Source of the DNA: Candidatus Marinacidobacterales bacterium
GTDB lineage: Bacteria; Acidobacteriota; Vicinamibacteria; Marinacidobacterales; DATDRI01
Assembly: GCA_965219415.1 (NCBI GenBank)
Contig: CBDCNP010000002.1
Location: 3,232,001 to 3,296,000, forward strand
Direction: 5' to 3'
Length of the DNA stretch: 64,000 nucleotides
A program made the position numbers and the translations under genes. The notes below the pieces were generated by a model. It made no database searches, had not been told where the DNA came from, and saw nothing but the letters and a program-made list of their open reading frames with translations. This document shows positions 21,158 to 31,819 of the stretch, piece after piece (positions within the stretch are counted from its first letter, which is position 1; each line of letters starts with the position of its first letter).

Positions 21158-22996
21158 TCACTCCAAGAGTCCCAGCCGCCGGCCAAGATCCACGTATCGC
21201 GGATCGGAGCGAAGCGGATCTAAGGTGTGATCGACCCTGTACCAGGTTAGAAACGGTGTCTTCTCACGGTAAGCTTGTTCCAGCCACTCGAACGCCTTGT
21301 CTTTGTCGCCCAAACCGGCGTAGATGGCGGCTCGATGGAGGGGTGAAACGTAATCGCCGCGCTCGGACTTCTCCTCGAGCCCCTTCAGAATGGCCAGCGC
21401 CCCTTCTCGTCTCCCTGCGACGCCGTACGCATAAGCCAGCCGCCAACTCATGCCGGAGCCTTCGAAGGCTTTGATGGCTTCGTCGAGGCGACCTCGCACC
21501 AGGTACAGATCCCCGAGGTGCCAGTAAGCGAAGGGGTGATCGGGATAAAGCTCGATGGTTTGCCGCGCTTGTTTCTCGGCACGGTCGAGCTGTCCCACAC
21601 CCAAGTAGCCCCTCGCCATGCCGGCCCTCATCACCGGATTGTTCGGGTCGTTCATCAAGGCGCTCTTCCGGTGCTCCAGACTTTCTTCGTGGCGCTCCAT
21701 CCCGCTCAGGAACCACGCGTAGATGAGGTGCGCCGTGCCGTCATTGGGATCAAGCTCGATGGCTCGTTTGCGGGCCCGCTCCGAACCTTCCCAGTCCAGT
21801 TCGATCACTTTCAGCGCCCCAAGTACTGTTTGCGCCTCGGCGAGGCTGTTGTCGAGCTCGAGAGCTTTTGTGACCGCTGCCTTCAAATCGATCAAGACGT
21901 CTGCTGGCCGAGCATAACCATTGAAGGTGATGAACGCGTAGGCATGTGCGATTCCCGCGTAGGCGGGCGCATAGGAGGGATCGACTCGGGCCGCGCCTTC
22001 GAAGAGCTCTACCGACTTCCAAAGGCTTTTCTCGTCTCGCTGTGCGACAAAGAATCGCCCCCTCCAGTAGAGTTGAAGGGCTTCGATGTTGTCGGTATAA
22101 TTCTTGGTAAGAGCGGCTCTGTCTTCCCGGGTCAGTGTGGAAACGAGTGCAGACGCCACCCGTTCGGCGATCGTGTCCTGCACAACGAAAATGTCCGTGA
22201 AGTCCTCATCGAACGTATCCGCCCACATCGGCGTGCCGTAATCGACCCGAAGGAGTTGGACGGTCACGCGGATCGTATCCTCGTTCCGCTACACGGTTCC
22301 CTCTAGCACCGCGTCCACGTGCAGCTCTCGCGCCACTTCGATCGAGCTGCCTCGTGTTTCAGTGTAGTCTCGCACGGCGCTCGTGGGTCTTACCGTGATG
22401 CGAGAAACATTGCTGAGCTTAGTGATAAGAGCGTCCGCGAGGCCGAGCTCGAGGTAGATATCCTCATCGTCAGGGCTGATGGACTTGAATGGAAGCACCG
22501 CAATGGACTGGGGAACAGCCGCGCTGATATCACGGCCTCGATCGAATTCGTCGAACGGGAGGATGGCTCTCTGCTCCCTGAGCCATAGATAGCCGGCCAA
22601 CGACAAAACGATCGCGCTTGCCAAAAGGGCAATGGTGGAGGATTTAGGGAATGGCCTCGGCGTTGAGCCATCTGCTTGTTGCACGTTGCCGATGAACCGA
22701 TAACCCCGTCGAGCGACCGTCTCGATGTAGCGCGGTTTTTCGGCGGAATCACCGAGCGCCGTGCGAAGCTTTCCGATAGCGGTGTTGAGGCCCCGTTCGA
22801 AATCCACGAACGTATCGTCGGGCCAAAGTCGCTTCGTGACCTCCTCGCGGCTGACCATTTCGCCGGGTTGCTCTAACAAGATTTCTAGAATCTGAAAGGG
22901 TTTTTCCTGCAGCTTGATCTTGTGGCCGCGCTTCAGAAGCTCGCCGGCACGCAGATCCACTTCGAAATCGCCGAATCGGACGGTGCGGTTTGACAC
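21158..22996 (-). pseudogene. wHTH-TM-TolB-like-TPR regulator, copy B, with an in-frame TAG
   Basis: SIAVLPF, LADALITKL, VLEGTV*RNEDTIRVTVQL (TAG at 22289-22291 where Gln is expected), TPRs, LDPLRSDPRY. Confidence 0.85.
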
Positions 22997-23001
22997 TTAC
23001 C

Positions 23002-25119
23002 TCAACTCGTGCCCGGATCGGGGCGGGAATGCTTCTCAACGAGCTCCCGGTAGCCGGGATGTTCGCGCAATGAATCCCAGAGTGGATCCAACTCGAGGTG
23101 GGGTACTGACAGGATGGTGCCCGAGGGGATAGAGAGAAGGGTGTCGAGCTCCTCCAATGCGGCCTCGTGATCTCCGAGCATCGTGTAGATGAGCGCCAAG
23201 TTGTGCACGGCTCCCCGCCCGCGAAGGATGTTGACCTCAACTGGAGCTAATTTCACGGCCTCCTGACCTTCTTTCACGGCTTCTTTCGCGCGGCCGAGGC
23301 CGGCATGGGCGATCCCGAGGGCACTGTGAATGCGCGGATCCTTCGGGCGCTCCTCCAGCTCTCTTTCGAGAACCACTACCGCGTCTGCGTAGGCGGAGTC
23401 CGCCCGGCCCGTCTCGCCCAGCAAATCGTAGGTATTAGCGATGAGCAGCGCCTTAGGGTAGAACCAGGTCGCGAGATTAAAGGCTTCCTGGGGGGCGGAG
23501 TTCAATTTGCCTAGGGCTTCCTCGATCCTTCTTTCCATGAGCAGCTGGCGCCACCAGATCACCACCGCCACGTCCTGGCTCTGATCTGGCAGCGATGTGA
23601 GCGCATCCCGAGCTCCTTCTAAGTCACCCTTCGCCCAGCTGTTAATTGCGATATATACGTGTGTGAAGAACTGGCCAGGAGCGATCGTGAGGAGCAACGC
23701 GAGGTAGCGATCGGCCTCGGCGTAACGTCGGAGTTGGCCTAGGTTGACAGCGATGAAAGTAGCCAGAAACTCGTTTCGTGGGTCGAGCTCGTAGGCTTGC
23801 TTGGATTGTTCCAGAGCTTCTTCGAGGTGACCCTGCGCTTGTTTCACCATAGCCATGAGAAGAGCGATGCGCGTTCCGTTGGGTATGCCGTTCGCGGCGA
23901 TGGCCAACTGCTCCAGTGCGCGCGGATAATCTTTCCCCTGGTGATAAATAAGCCCCTGCGCCAGGTGTGCCTCCGCAAGATCGGGCTCGAGATCGAAAGC
24001 TTTCGCTACCGCCTGTTCTGCGAGCTCGAGCCTTTGTGGTGAGGGATCGTGACGGTAGAACCATGTGTGAGCGACCGCTAGCTCGGCATAGGCTTTGGCG
24101 AAGCCGGGATCGAGCTCCACGGCCTTCTCTAGCGACTCGATCGCGAGACTACTCTCCTCCACCTGGGCTACTCCCGGCGACCAAAGATGGCTCAGGCCGC
24201 GGACGTAGGCCTGATAGGCATCTGGATCGGCCGTCGGAGGGCTGTCTAGGGATTTCTGCTCGCTCGCGACTAGGCTGATTCCGAGCTGTTCGATGACGCC
24301 CCTAGCGATGTCCGACTGAACACCGAAGACGTCGTCCGTCACTCCATCGTAAGGCTCCGACCAAATCTGCGTGTCATCGGATATCCGGATGAGCTGGGGC
24401 GTGACGCGCACTTGACCCTCTTGCCATCGGACGGTGCCTTCGAGGATGAAGTCGACGCCAAGCACTTCGCCGATCTGCTTGGTGCCCTTGTCAGAATTCC
24501 TGTACTTGTTAGCACTGTTTCGTGAGATCACGCCGATCGCTCGAACGATCGCCAAGCGGCTTGTGATCTCTTGCGTCATCCCGTCGGCGAAGTAGTGATC
24601 CTCGGGTTGTTCGAGGTTCTCGAAGGGGAGAACGACGATCCTGGGGCGCGTTGACGTTGGGGTCGGCGCAGGGGCGCGCCCGAGGAGTAAGTAGGCCGCC
24701 ATGAGTGCAACGACTGTGGCAGCCACGACAGCAACGAAGGCGGTCTTACGGTTTGAGGATGGTCTCTCTGAGAGACCAGCCGGTGGCTCGATGGAACCGA
24801 TGAACCGATAGCCCCGGCGGGCCACCGTCTCAACGTACCGGGGCTTCTCGGCGGAATCACCGAGTGCGGTGCGGAGCTTTCCGATCGCGGTGTTGAGGCC
24901 CCGCTCGAAATCCACGAACGTGTCCGCCGGCCAGAGTCTCTCGGCGAGCTCGTGACGGCTGACCATGTCGCCGGGTTGCTCTAAGAGGATCTCTAGAATC
25001 TGAAAAGGCTTTTCCTGGAGCTTGATCTTGTGGCCGCGCTTGAGGAGCTCGCCGGCGCGCAGATCCACCTCGAAATCGCCAAATCGAACGGTGTCGGAGG
25101 GCTCGACGGCAGGTCTCAT
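23002..25119 (-). CDS. wHTH-TM-TolB-like-TPR regulator, copy A (intact)
   Basis: RFGDFEVDLRAGEL..YVETVARRGYRF, TM helix, IVVLPFENL, YFADGMTQEI, TPRs, DPLWDSLR. Confidence 0.9.
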   Translation of the reverse strand: MRPAVEPSDTVRFGDFEVDLRAGELLKRGHKIKLQEKPFQILEILLEQPGDMVSRHELAERLWPADTFVDFERGLNTAIGKLRTALGDSAEKPRYVETVARRGYRFIGSIEPPAGLSERPSSNRKTAFVAVVAATVVALMAAYLLLGRAPAPTPTSTRPRIVVLPFENLEQPEDHYFADGMTQEITSRLAIVRAIGVISRNSANKYRNSDKGTKQIGEVLGVDFILEGTVRWQEGQVRVTPQLIRISDDTQIWSEPYDGVTDDVFGVQSDIARGVIEQLGISLVASEQKSLDSPPTADPDAYQAYVRGLSHLWSPGVAQVEESSLAIESLEKAVELDPGFAKAYAELAVAHTWFYRHDPSPQRLELAEQAVAKAFDLEPDLAEAHLAQGLIYHQGKDYPRALEQLAIAANGIPNGTRIALLMAMVKQAQGHLEEALEQSKQAYELDPRNEFLATFIAVNLGQLRRYAEADRYLALLLTIAPGQFFTHVYIAINSWAKGDLEGARDALTSLPDQSQDVAVVIWWRQLLMERRIEEALGKLNSAPQEAFNLATWFYPKALLIANTYDLLGETGRADSAYADAVVVLERELEERPKDPRIHSALGIAHAGLGRAKEAVKEGQEAVKLAPVEVNILRGRGAVHNLALIYTMLGDHEAALEELDTLLSIPSGTILSVPHLELDPLWDSLREHPGYRELVEKHSRPDPGTS

Positions 25120-25186
25120 GGCTGGCCGCTGATTACGCCCAATTTACACCCGGAAGTCGTCTGCGTCGAGCTTGCGGCTGGAAGCT

Positions 25187-25248
25187 ACTTGGTCTGGACC
25201 GAGTAGCTTAAAATATTACTTGAGGTTTCATCTCAACTCGCGCTCAAC
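25187..25248. promoter_or_regulatory. divergent control region: 18-bp palindrome plus CTCAAC direct repeats 11 bp apart
   Basis: ACTTGGTCTGGACCGAGT at 25187-25204; CTCAAC at 25232 and 25243. Confidence 0.5.
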
Positions 25249-25387
25249 TGTCGGTCTTCCCGAAATTCCAACCCACTTACTTCTAATTACTTAGGCGGTT
25301 ATCCGCAGTTTGCCGACGGATCGCCGGCGGTCCATTTATGCCCGCGCGCCCCTGTCCGACATTGCCTCCAGAGCAAAGGAGGCGGTC

Positions 25388-26044
25388 ATGGACAGGAAAA
25401 ACTGGACGGGACATGAACTTCGGCGACTGGCGATCATTTTGGTACTGGGTCTGGGTGTGTTTTCCCATTCTCGAACCGCTCGAGCGGACGAGGATCTTCA
25501 GCTCAAATTGGTGTGGGTGAATACGGCTACCGAATTCCCCTTGGCATTCGACCTAATGGCCGGGGAGGTCGGTTTCATTTTCGCCGGGATGGAGGTCGAG
25601 GTGGTTTGGAGCGACCGAACCTCCGCCCTTCTCGACCAGGAGGTCCCGACACTACGAGTTGTCCTCACCCCGACCGAACCTTCGACCTGGGGACTGGGAG
25701 AGGAGACGATGGGTGTGGCGCCGCGCGCGGGCGGGTCCGGAGCATCGATCTACATCTTTCTGGGAAGCATTCTGCGAGTGCTGGGATTTGACCTAGAGGG
25801 CGATCAGCGAATGAGCCCAGAGGACCGGCGAGCCATAGCACGCGCAGTGGCTAGGGTCGTAGCCCATGAAGTGATCCACGTTCTCGATCAAGACCCGGGA
25901 CACGATTCGCGAGGCATCATTAGCCCGAAGCTGGACCGTGACTTCTTGGGTCGACCCCAAGTGCAGCTGTGGCCTTCGACTGGACGGGTGGTCCGCGCTG
26001 GGTTGCTTGCTTTATCGCTCAGAAGCCGAGGACGTAATCGATGA
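25388..26044 (+). CDS. secreted protein with a zinc-metallopeptidase-like HExxH motif
   Basis: AAGGAGG SD; signal peptide ending ARA; AHEVIHVLDQDPGHDSRGII. Confidence 0.7.
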   Translation: MDRKNWTGHELRRLAIILVLGLGVFSHSRTARADEDLQLKLVWVNTATEFPLAFDLMAGEVGFIFAGMEVEVVWSDRTSALLDQEVPTLRVVLTPTEPSTWGLGEETMGVAPRAGGSGASIYIFLGSILRVLGFDLEGDQRMSPEDRRAIARAVARVVAHEVIHVLDQDPGHDSRGIISPKLDRDFLGRPQVQLWPSTGRVVRAGLLALSLRSRGRNR

Positions 26045-27230
26045 ACAGGCGATTCATGGTGGCGGCTTCGCCGAGCTCGGGCTGGGTTCGGTACCAGGTG
26101 AAGTTCAGAGATTGTCCCGCCGGCATGGCGATACGGAAATCGACTCGGGTACCGTTCAGGTTGGACGCGCGGCGCGTGTCGGACTGGGTGTAAGCATAGA
26201 GGATGGCGTCGGGCTGGGAGTAGTAGTAGGTGAACCGAATGGCGAGATCCCCGAAGTTTCTTCCACCTCCAACCGCGGCGCGAAAGAAAAAGCCGGTATC
26301 GTTATCCTTTCCCGTTCCCTGGGCGCCGGTTCCGATCTCGGTTCCGAGCCGATCCTTGGCGCCGGTGTTCTTGTAATAGAAGAAACGAAGGAACAAGGGC
26401 CAAGTCGCATTGGACTCATTACGCCACTGGGCGAACGCAGTCAAAATGCGAAAATCACTGACTAGTTGTCCCGATTCGTCCAGCAGGTTGGTTACTTTGT
26501 TTCCCCGGAGCTCACCCTCGAGGCTCAAGTCCACAACGAGTTGAGGATCGACGTAGTGATCGTAGCCCACCCCAACGGTAAGCGTGTCGTGCTCGCCGAA
26601 CTCGAATTGAGGTCGAATCTGGGCTCCGAGCAGCCAAGCGGATTGCTCGTCGTTTTGCTGGAGAATGATCTGGTAGACGCTCGCCCCAAGACGCTCTAGG
26701 ACCCCGCCATCCTCACTCTGCAGCGTCACGCGCTGCATGAAACCTTCGGTGGTCACGTCGCTGTCCCATTGCATATCCGAGACGACCCAATACCTACGGT
26801 GCTCGAACTTACCGGCGACGACGGAGAATTTTTCAGACAGTCGGAAGTCGCCATAAACCTCGGCCAGCTTGAAGTCCTTCTTTCCGAGGCCCCCGCCGAA
26901 GTCCTGGTTGTCGGAGACGGGGTTGCTCGGATTCCCACTCCGGAACTCGAATCCGGCGTCGAGGAAATGACTTACGTCGGCTTCGAAGCCGGCCCTCAAT
27001 CGATAGCGAAAAACGTCCTCGAATTCCTCCCGCTTGCTCGCATCATAACGGAAACGCAAATCGGCGTAGAAGTCGATCTTCTCGTACCATTGTTTGGGCG
27101 AATCTTCAGGGGGGGCTTGAGGCTCTTGGGACTGGGCGAAGAGAGAGGTGCCCAAAGTGAGTACGGCGCAGGTGGACAAGAGAACTTTCTTCAAATATCT
27201 CTCGCTTGCTGGATCTGCGGATTTTCTCAA
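26019..27230 (-). CDS. putative outer-membrane porin
   Basis: signal peptide; DLRFRYD, RYRLRAG, NPVSDNQDF, WDSDVTTEG; C-terminal Phe. Confidence 0.75.
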   Translation of the reverse strand: MRKSADPASERYLKKVLLSTCAVLTLGTSLFAQSQEPQAPPEDSPKQWYEKIDFYADLRFRYDASKREEFEDVFRYRLRAGFEADVSHFLDAGFEFRSGNPSNPVSDNQDFGGGLGKKDFKLAEVYGDFRLSEKFSVVAGKFEHRRYWVVSDMQWDSDVTTEGFMQRVTLQSEDGGVLERLGASVYQIILQQNDEQSAWLLGAQIRPQFEFGEHDTLTVGVGYDHYVDPQLVVDLSLEGELRGNKVTNLLDESGQLVSDFRILTAFAQWRNESNATWPLFLRFFYYKNTGAKDRLGTEIGTGAQGTGKDNDTGFFFRAAVGGGRNFGDLAIRFTYYYSQPDAILYAYTQSDTRRASNLNGTRVDFRIAMPAGQSLNFTWYRTQPELGEAATMNRLFIDYVLGF

Positions 27231-27303
27231 AGTGATGCTTCAATGTGAAGCCCTTTTTTGAAATCTTGATTCCTGCCTGGAGGGCCACTATGATGCGCTC
27301 CTC

Positions 27304-28840
27304 ATGGGCCGGCACCCCCCTTACATAGGGGTTCTAGCATTCCTCTCAGCGTGTGCCGGAGGTGGCGACACACCATCGACTATTCGCCTGGTAGACATAT
27401 TCGGTGCGGCTACGGTCGAAGGCGGTCCGTCTGCTCGGCCCGCCTCTGCGTCAAGAACCGAATGGACGTTCGATGAGCCGGGCAAGGGTGGCTGGGAAGC
27501 CGGTTCAGGTGTGTCGGGCCTGGTGGTTCGTGATGGGCGGCTGCGCGGAAGGACTACGAAAGACTTCCCGATCATTCATGTCGAGCGTGGATCAGATGTC
27601 GACGAGAACGATGTGTTACATGCGGTCGAAGTTCGGGCGAGGGCCTCGAAAGGCACCAACCTTTCGTTGAACGTAGTCGGGTCCGAAGAGATTGACTTTG
27701 AAGGGCTCATCAACCGAGAGACGGTCATCCCCTGGCCGCTTCGAACGCCCATCGTCGCGGGCGACGATCTCCAGACCTATACCATGACGACCGGAACGGC
27801 CGCCTTTCGGACGTCTTTTCCCTCTTCGGACATCCGCCACATTCTGTTGAGGCCGACCGACGCCTCGGGGGCGGATTTCGAGATCGAATCGGTGCGACTC
27901 ATCTTTCGGAGCGAGCACTTGGCAAGCATTCCATCGGGAGTCAGTTGGCAAGGTTTCGGAGACATCTTTCGCGAAACCATCGTCACCCGCTCGCCGGAGA
28001 GGGCGAAATTCACGATGACGCTTCCGCCGCAACCCACGCTCGATCTCGCGGTGGGCACGGTGGAAGATGGGCCGGTCACCTTCACCGTCGAGGTAAGTCA
28101 AGGTAGCGGTGCGGTCACCGTGCTCGAGCGGACGGTTACGACCCCCGATCGTTGGGAACCGACGCACGTGGATGGAAAAGCTCCGTGAGCTCGGGCTGGA
28201 TGAAAAAACGCTTGTCGTGTTCCTTAGCGATCACGGCGAAGAGTTTTTGGATCACGACGAGCACTTCCACGAAATGGATGTCTACGGCGAGATGATCAAT
28301 GTTCCACTCATTCTGAGATGGCCGGGCGTCGTGCCGGCGGGAATGGTCATCGAGGAAACGGTCCAGAACGTCGACGTCATGCCGACGCTCCTCGAGCTCA
28401 GTGGCATCCCACTCCCGGAGGGAATCCAAGGACGCAGCCTCGTGCCCTTACTGTCTGCACACAGCGGCGTGGCCGGCGTTTCGTCCGATGCCCGTTGGCA
28501 GAATCGGCCGGCCGTCTCGGAGTGGAAGAGGCGCAAAGACCAACTGGAAATCCGCGACGTCGACGCCTTCTCGATCATCCTCGACGGTTGGAAGCTCATC
28601 CACAATGTGGAAAGGTTCGAGGACTACCCCGAGTACGAGCTCTACCATCACGCTAACGATCCTCTAGATCAGAAGGACCTGGCCTCCGAGAACCAAGAGA
28701 TGGTCGAGCATCTGGCGAAGCAACTCGAGCGATGGCACGAATGGGCACTGGCGGCGCGTTTGCCGTCCGACGCCGAAGCGACGGAAGGTTTGCCGGCGGA
28801 AGAGCTGGAGCGCCTCCGAAGCCTGGGCTACGTACAGTAG
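27304..28840 (+). pseudogene. sulfatase-family lipoprotein with a large internal deletion
   Basis: lipobox LSAC and N-terminal beta domain joined at about 28172 to the C-terminal SDHGEEF, VPLI, DVMPT, ELYH, LRSLGY part; catalytic N-terminal half missing. Confidence 0.75.
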
Positions 28841-28862
28841 TTTCGCTTACAATAGGACTCTA

Positions 28863-29519
28863 GTGGGCCCCGTAAGATCCTCTTGGCAGAACCGACTCCC
28901 TTCCTTTTTTGTGCTCGCCCTTGTTTTACTCTTCCCCATCGGTGTGGGGCATGGCGGACAGGCTGATAAGGTCAAACCCGATAAGGGCGTCTTCCTCGTA
29001 GCCAAGCCCAAGGTCGAAGGCCAGTTCAGCCAAAGCGTGGTGCTTCTGCTCATGCACGGGGAAACGGGAACCCTTGGCGTGATCGTCAATCGTTTGACCA
29101 AGGCATCGCTCGATGACGTGCTGCCTGATCTCGAGAGGGGAAGCAAGGAGACGCACCGGGTGTTTTTCGGAGGGCCGGTCGCGTTGAACGGTCTTCTTTT
29201 CGTGTTTCGTTCTACCCGTCCGCCCGAGGGAGCGTCGCATGTCATGGGGGACGTGTATTTCAGCGCCGAGCTCGAGGTTTTTGAGAAAGTGCTGAAGCGA
29301 AAGACGAGCTCGAGCGCGCTTCGTCTTTTCCTGGGCCACTCCGGCTGGGGGCCGGGTCAGCTCAAATGGGAGATTGGTCGGGGCGATTGGGAGCTCGTTC
29401 GCGCCGATACGGAAACGGTTTTCGAGAAGGATCCGAAGATGATTTGGCCCGAATTAATGGGTCCGGTTACGCGGCAGGTGGTGGACGGTCGAGACGTCAG
29501 GGAGTATCGGACACCGTAA
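28863..29519 (+). CDS. YqgE/AlgH family protein with an N-terminal signal-like segment
   Basis: FSQSVVLL, GVIVNR, FFGGPV, GHSGWGPGQL, GDW. Confidence 0.9.
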   Translation: MGPVRSSWQNRLPSFFVLALVLLFPIGVGHGGQADKVKPDKGVFLVAKPKVEGQFSQSVVLLLMHGETGTLGVIVNRLTKASLDDVLPDLERGSKETHRVFFGGPVALNGLLFVFRSTRPPEGASHVMGDVYFSAELEVFEKVLKRKTSSSALRLFLGHSGWGPGQLKWEIGRGDWELVRADTETVFEKDPKMIWPELMGPVTRQVVDGRDVREYRTP

Positions 29520-31215
29520 AAGACGTCATCATCCCAGCGTGAAGGTGCTCGGCGATGTGACAGTGAAGCATCCACTCTCCCGGATTCGACATGTCGACCA
29601 GGATGTCCATCGTCGCGCCCACGGGAACGATCGCGGTGTCTTTCCAAACGAGGTTTTGGTTGGGGACGGCATCAATGGAAAGTACGAGGAAGCGCTGCCC
29701 GTGGAGATGAATGGGATGGTTCATGGGGTGGATGGTCTCGGGGTCGTTGAAGATCCGGATCTTGACCACGTCGCCTTCCTTGAACCCCCAGTGAATGTCC
29801 ATGTTCTCTTTGCCGGTGTCGGGATCGCGGAGAATCCAATGCACCTGCTCGGCGCTCGACAACCAGTTCATCATGGGCATGGCGTCGTTCCATTCCATGG
29901 GGGGTGCATAGAGACCGGCCTCGAACTGCATCGCCCGCACGATGGGGAGAGGCAGGTCCTGGATGCGAAGAATCAGCTCCAGCTGGTGGTCCACCTCTTT
30001 GCCAAAGTACTTGCGGTAAGCGTCCACGTCCTCCTGGACATCCTCGTTCTCGCGGAGCGTGAAGAAGCTCTCGTGTAGATCCTCTGCCACCGGCTCGTTC
30101 GAGACGGTGACTCTTCCGAGTACATCGACACGGGGCTTGAACTCACCACGGAACTCGTCGATCGCCTGAATCGAGTTCGTGATATCGAGATCGCCCGGCT
30201 CATCGAAGAGGACCTCGACCACGTAACGTTCCGCGGGAGCGATCACAACGCTATCCACCCAAACCTCGCGCTCGTACTTGCTTACGTCGGAAGCGATGAC
30301 TTTGCTCTTCGCTCCTCCGAAGACGACGTTGAAGGTCCGCGAGTTGGCAACATTGGTTAGGTAGAAGCGAACCACTTCACCCCTTGTTACCGAGAGCTGG
30401 TAGTCGGTGACCCCGTTCACCAGCATCACGTTCCCGAAGCGTCCCATCAGTGCATGAGTGACCGCCCGGTCGCCGTAGGGGATCAAGCCGAGTTCGTCGA
30501 TGAGGATGTCGTCGAGGATCAGAAGTTCTTCTCGATTGACGGGGTTGTAGTAGTCGGCCTCGGGCGGAGCGACCAGCATGTTCCCGTAGAGCCCGAGATC
30601 CTGCTGGACGTCCTCTCGCATATGGGGGTGATACCAGTAGATGCCGGTATCCCGAAAGAAAAGCTCGTAGGTGAAGCTCTCGCCCGGTTTGACAGGCGGT
30701 TGGGTAATGTCGGGAACGCCATCGAAGCGGTTATCGAGGCGCAGGCCGTGCCAATGCACGGTGGTGGGCATCTTGATCTCGTTCTTGAACTCGACGATGA
30801 CCGTGGATCCCTTGGCAGCCTTGATCAGGGGCCCTGGGTACTGGCCGTTATAGCCGTACATGAGGAAGGTCTTGCCGTTGATGGTGCGCCGCACCAGGCT
30901 GGCGCTCATCTCCATTTTTTCTCCATCCTTCATGTCTATGATTTCGGCTGGCTTTGCTTCGGGAAACATGTCGAGGTGGTGCGCGTCCATACCGGGCAGG
31001 AACGGCCCCACGATGGGAACCGCATTCTCCAAACCGGGCATCGGCGGCATAGGGTAGTCGTGAGGAGGCATCCGCCACGCGTTGGGATCGGAGTCGCCGC
31101 CGTGATGCATGTGGCCTTCCTGCTTGGCTTCTTCCTCCGGCGGTTCAAAGGCGGAGGCGACGGGGAGGAGCAATCCCAAGGCGAGGCCCAACACAAGGCA
31201 AGACACTGTCTTCAT
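29497..31215 (-). CDS. three-domain multicopper oxidase, secreted
   Basis: HWHG, WYHPH, HPIHLHG, HCHIAEHLHAGM; His/Met/Pro-rich N-terminal segment. Confidence 0.95.
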   Translation of the reverse strand: MKTVSCLVLGLALGLLLPVASAFEPPEEEAKQEGHMHHGGDSDPNAWRMPPHDYPMPPMPGLENAVPIVGPFLPGMDAHHLDMFPEAKPAEIIDMKDGEKMEMSASLVRRTINGKTFLMYGYNGQYPGPLIKAAKGSTVIVEFKNEIKMPTTVHWHGLRLDNRFDGVPDITQPPVKPGESFTYELFFRDTGIYWYHPHMREDVQQDLGLYGNMLVAPPEADYYNPVNREELLILDDILIDELGLIPYGDRAVTHALMGRFGNVMLVNGVTDYQLSVTRGEVVRFYLTNVANSRTFNVVFGGAKSKVIASDVSKYEREVWVDSVVIAPAERYVVEVLFDEPGDLDITNSIQAIDEFRGEFKPRVDVLGRVTVSNEPVAEDLHESFFTLRENEDVQEDVDAYRKYFGKEVDHQLELILRIQDLPLPIVRAMQFEAGLYAPPMEWNDAMPMMNWLSSAEQVHWILRDPDTGKENMDIHWGFKEGDVVKIRIFNDPETIHPMNHPIHLHGQRFLVLSIDAVPNQNLVWKDTAIVPVGATMDILVDMSNPGEWMLHCHIAEHLHAGMMTSFTVSDTP

Positions 31216-31243
31216 AATCTTGGTCTTTGGTGCAGCGGCTTTT

Positions 31244-31819
31244 CTAGAATCCGTATGTGGCGCAGGGCTCCAGCTCGAAAGGACCGTGGCCGGCCAATGT
31301 GTGCATGAGTCCGCTCCGCGACATGCCACGTAAGATGATCGGCCCCTGCCACGTGTCGGTGGCCTCGGTAGAAGGCTCGAGTGTGATGATGACAAGAAAT
31401 TTGTTCCATTCCACTCGACCGGATAGCGAGAAGCTTTCGTCCAAGACACCGAGTCGCTTTATCTGATCGAGCTCTGGTGTCGAGACCCAGGCCGTGTAGA
31501 CGCCTTTCTTTGGCGGCGCGAGGCGCTCGATATGAAGCTCTAGGTCGTAGACGTAGCTTCCCTTCGGCGAGACGGAAATGCCGAAGGGGGAAGCGGCGAA
31601 GTTAACCTGCGCCGTCCCCTTCGCGAGCCCGGTGCCAGCGATTCTCTTCGTGGTCACCAGGGCGATCTCGTAGTACGTGGAGGTCCCGATGAGATCCCGA
31701 GCCACTCCGCTGCAAGGGCTACGAGGAGCGGATTTTTCCGGCGCCGGGCTTGCCGCAGTCAAGAGCACGAGGGAGAGCGCAAGGCCGAGGCCGGTCGGTG
31801 CCCTCCCGGTTCGCCTCAT
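31244..31819 (-). CDS. secreted hypothetical protein with an RskA-C-like beta fold and a His/Met/Cys tail
   Basis: signal peptide; VYTAW, VIITLEPS..GPIILRG; tail MHTLAGHGPFELEPC; ATGA-coupled to the upstream gene. Confidence 0.7.
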   Translation of the reverse strand: MRRTGRAPTGLGLALSLVLLTAASPAPEKSAPRSPCSGVARDLIGTSTYYEIALVTTKRIAGTGLAKGTAQVNFAASPFGISVSPKGSYVYDLELHIERLAPPKKGVYTAWVSTPELDQIKRLGVLDESFSLSGRVEWNKFLVIITLEPSTEATDTWQGPIILRGMSRSGLMHTLAGHGPFELEPCATYGF

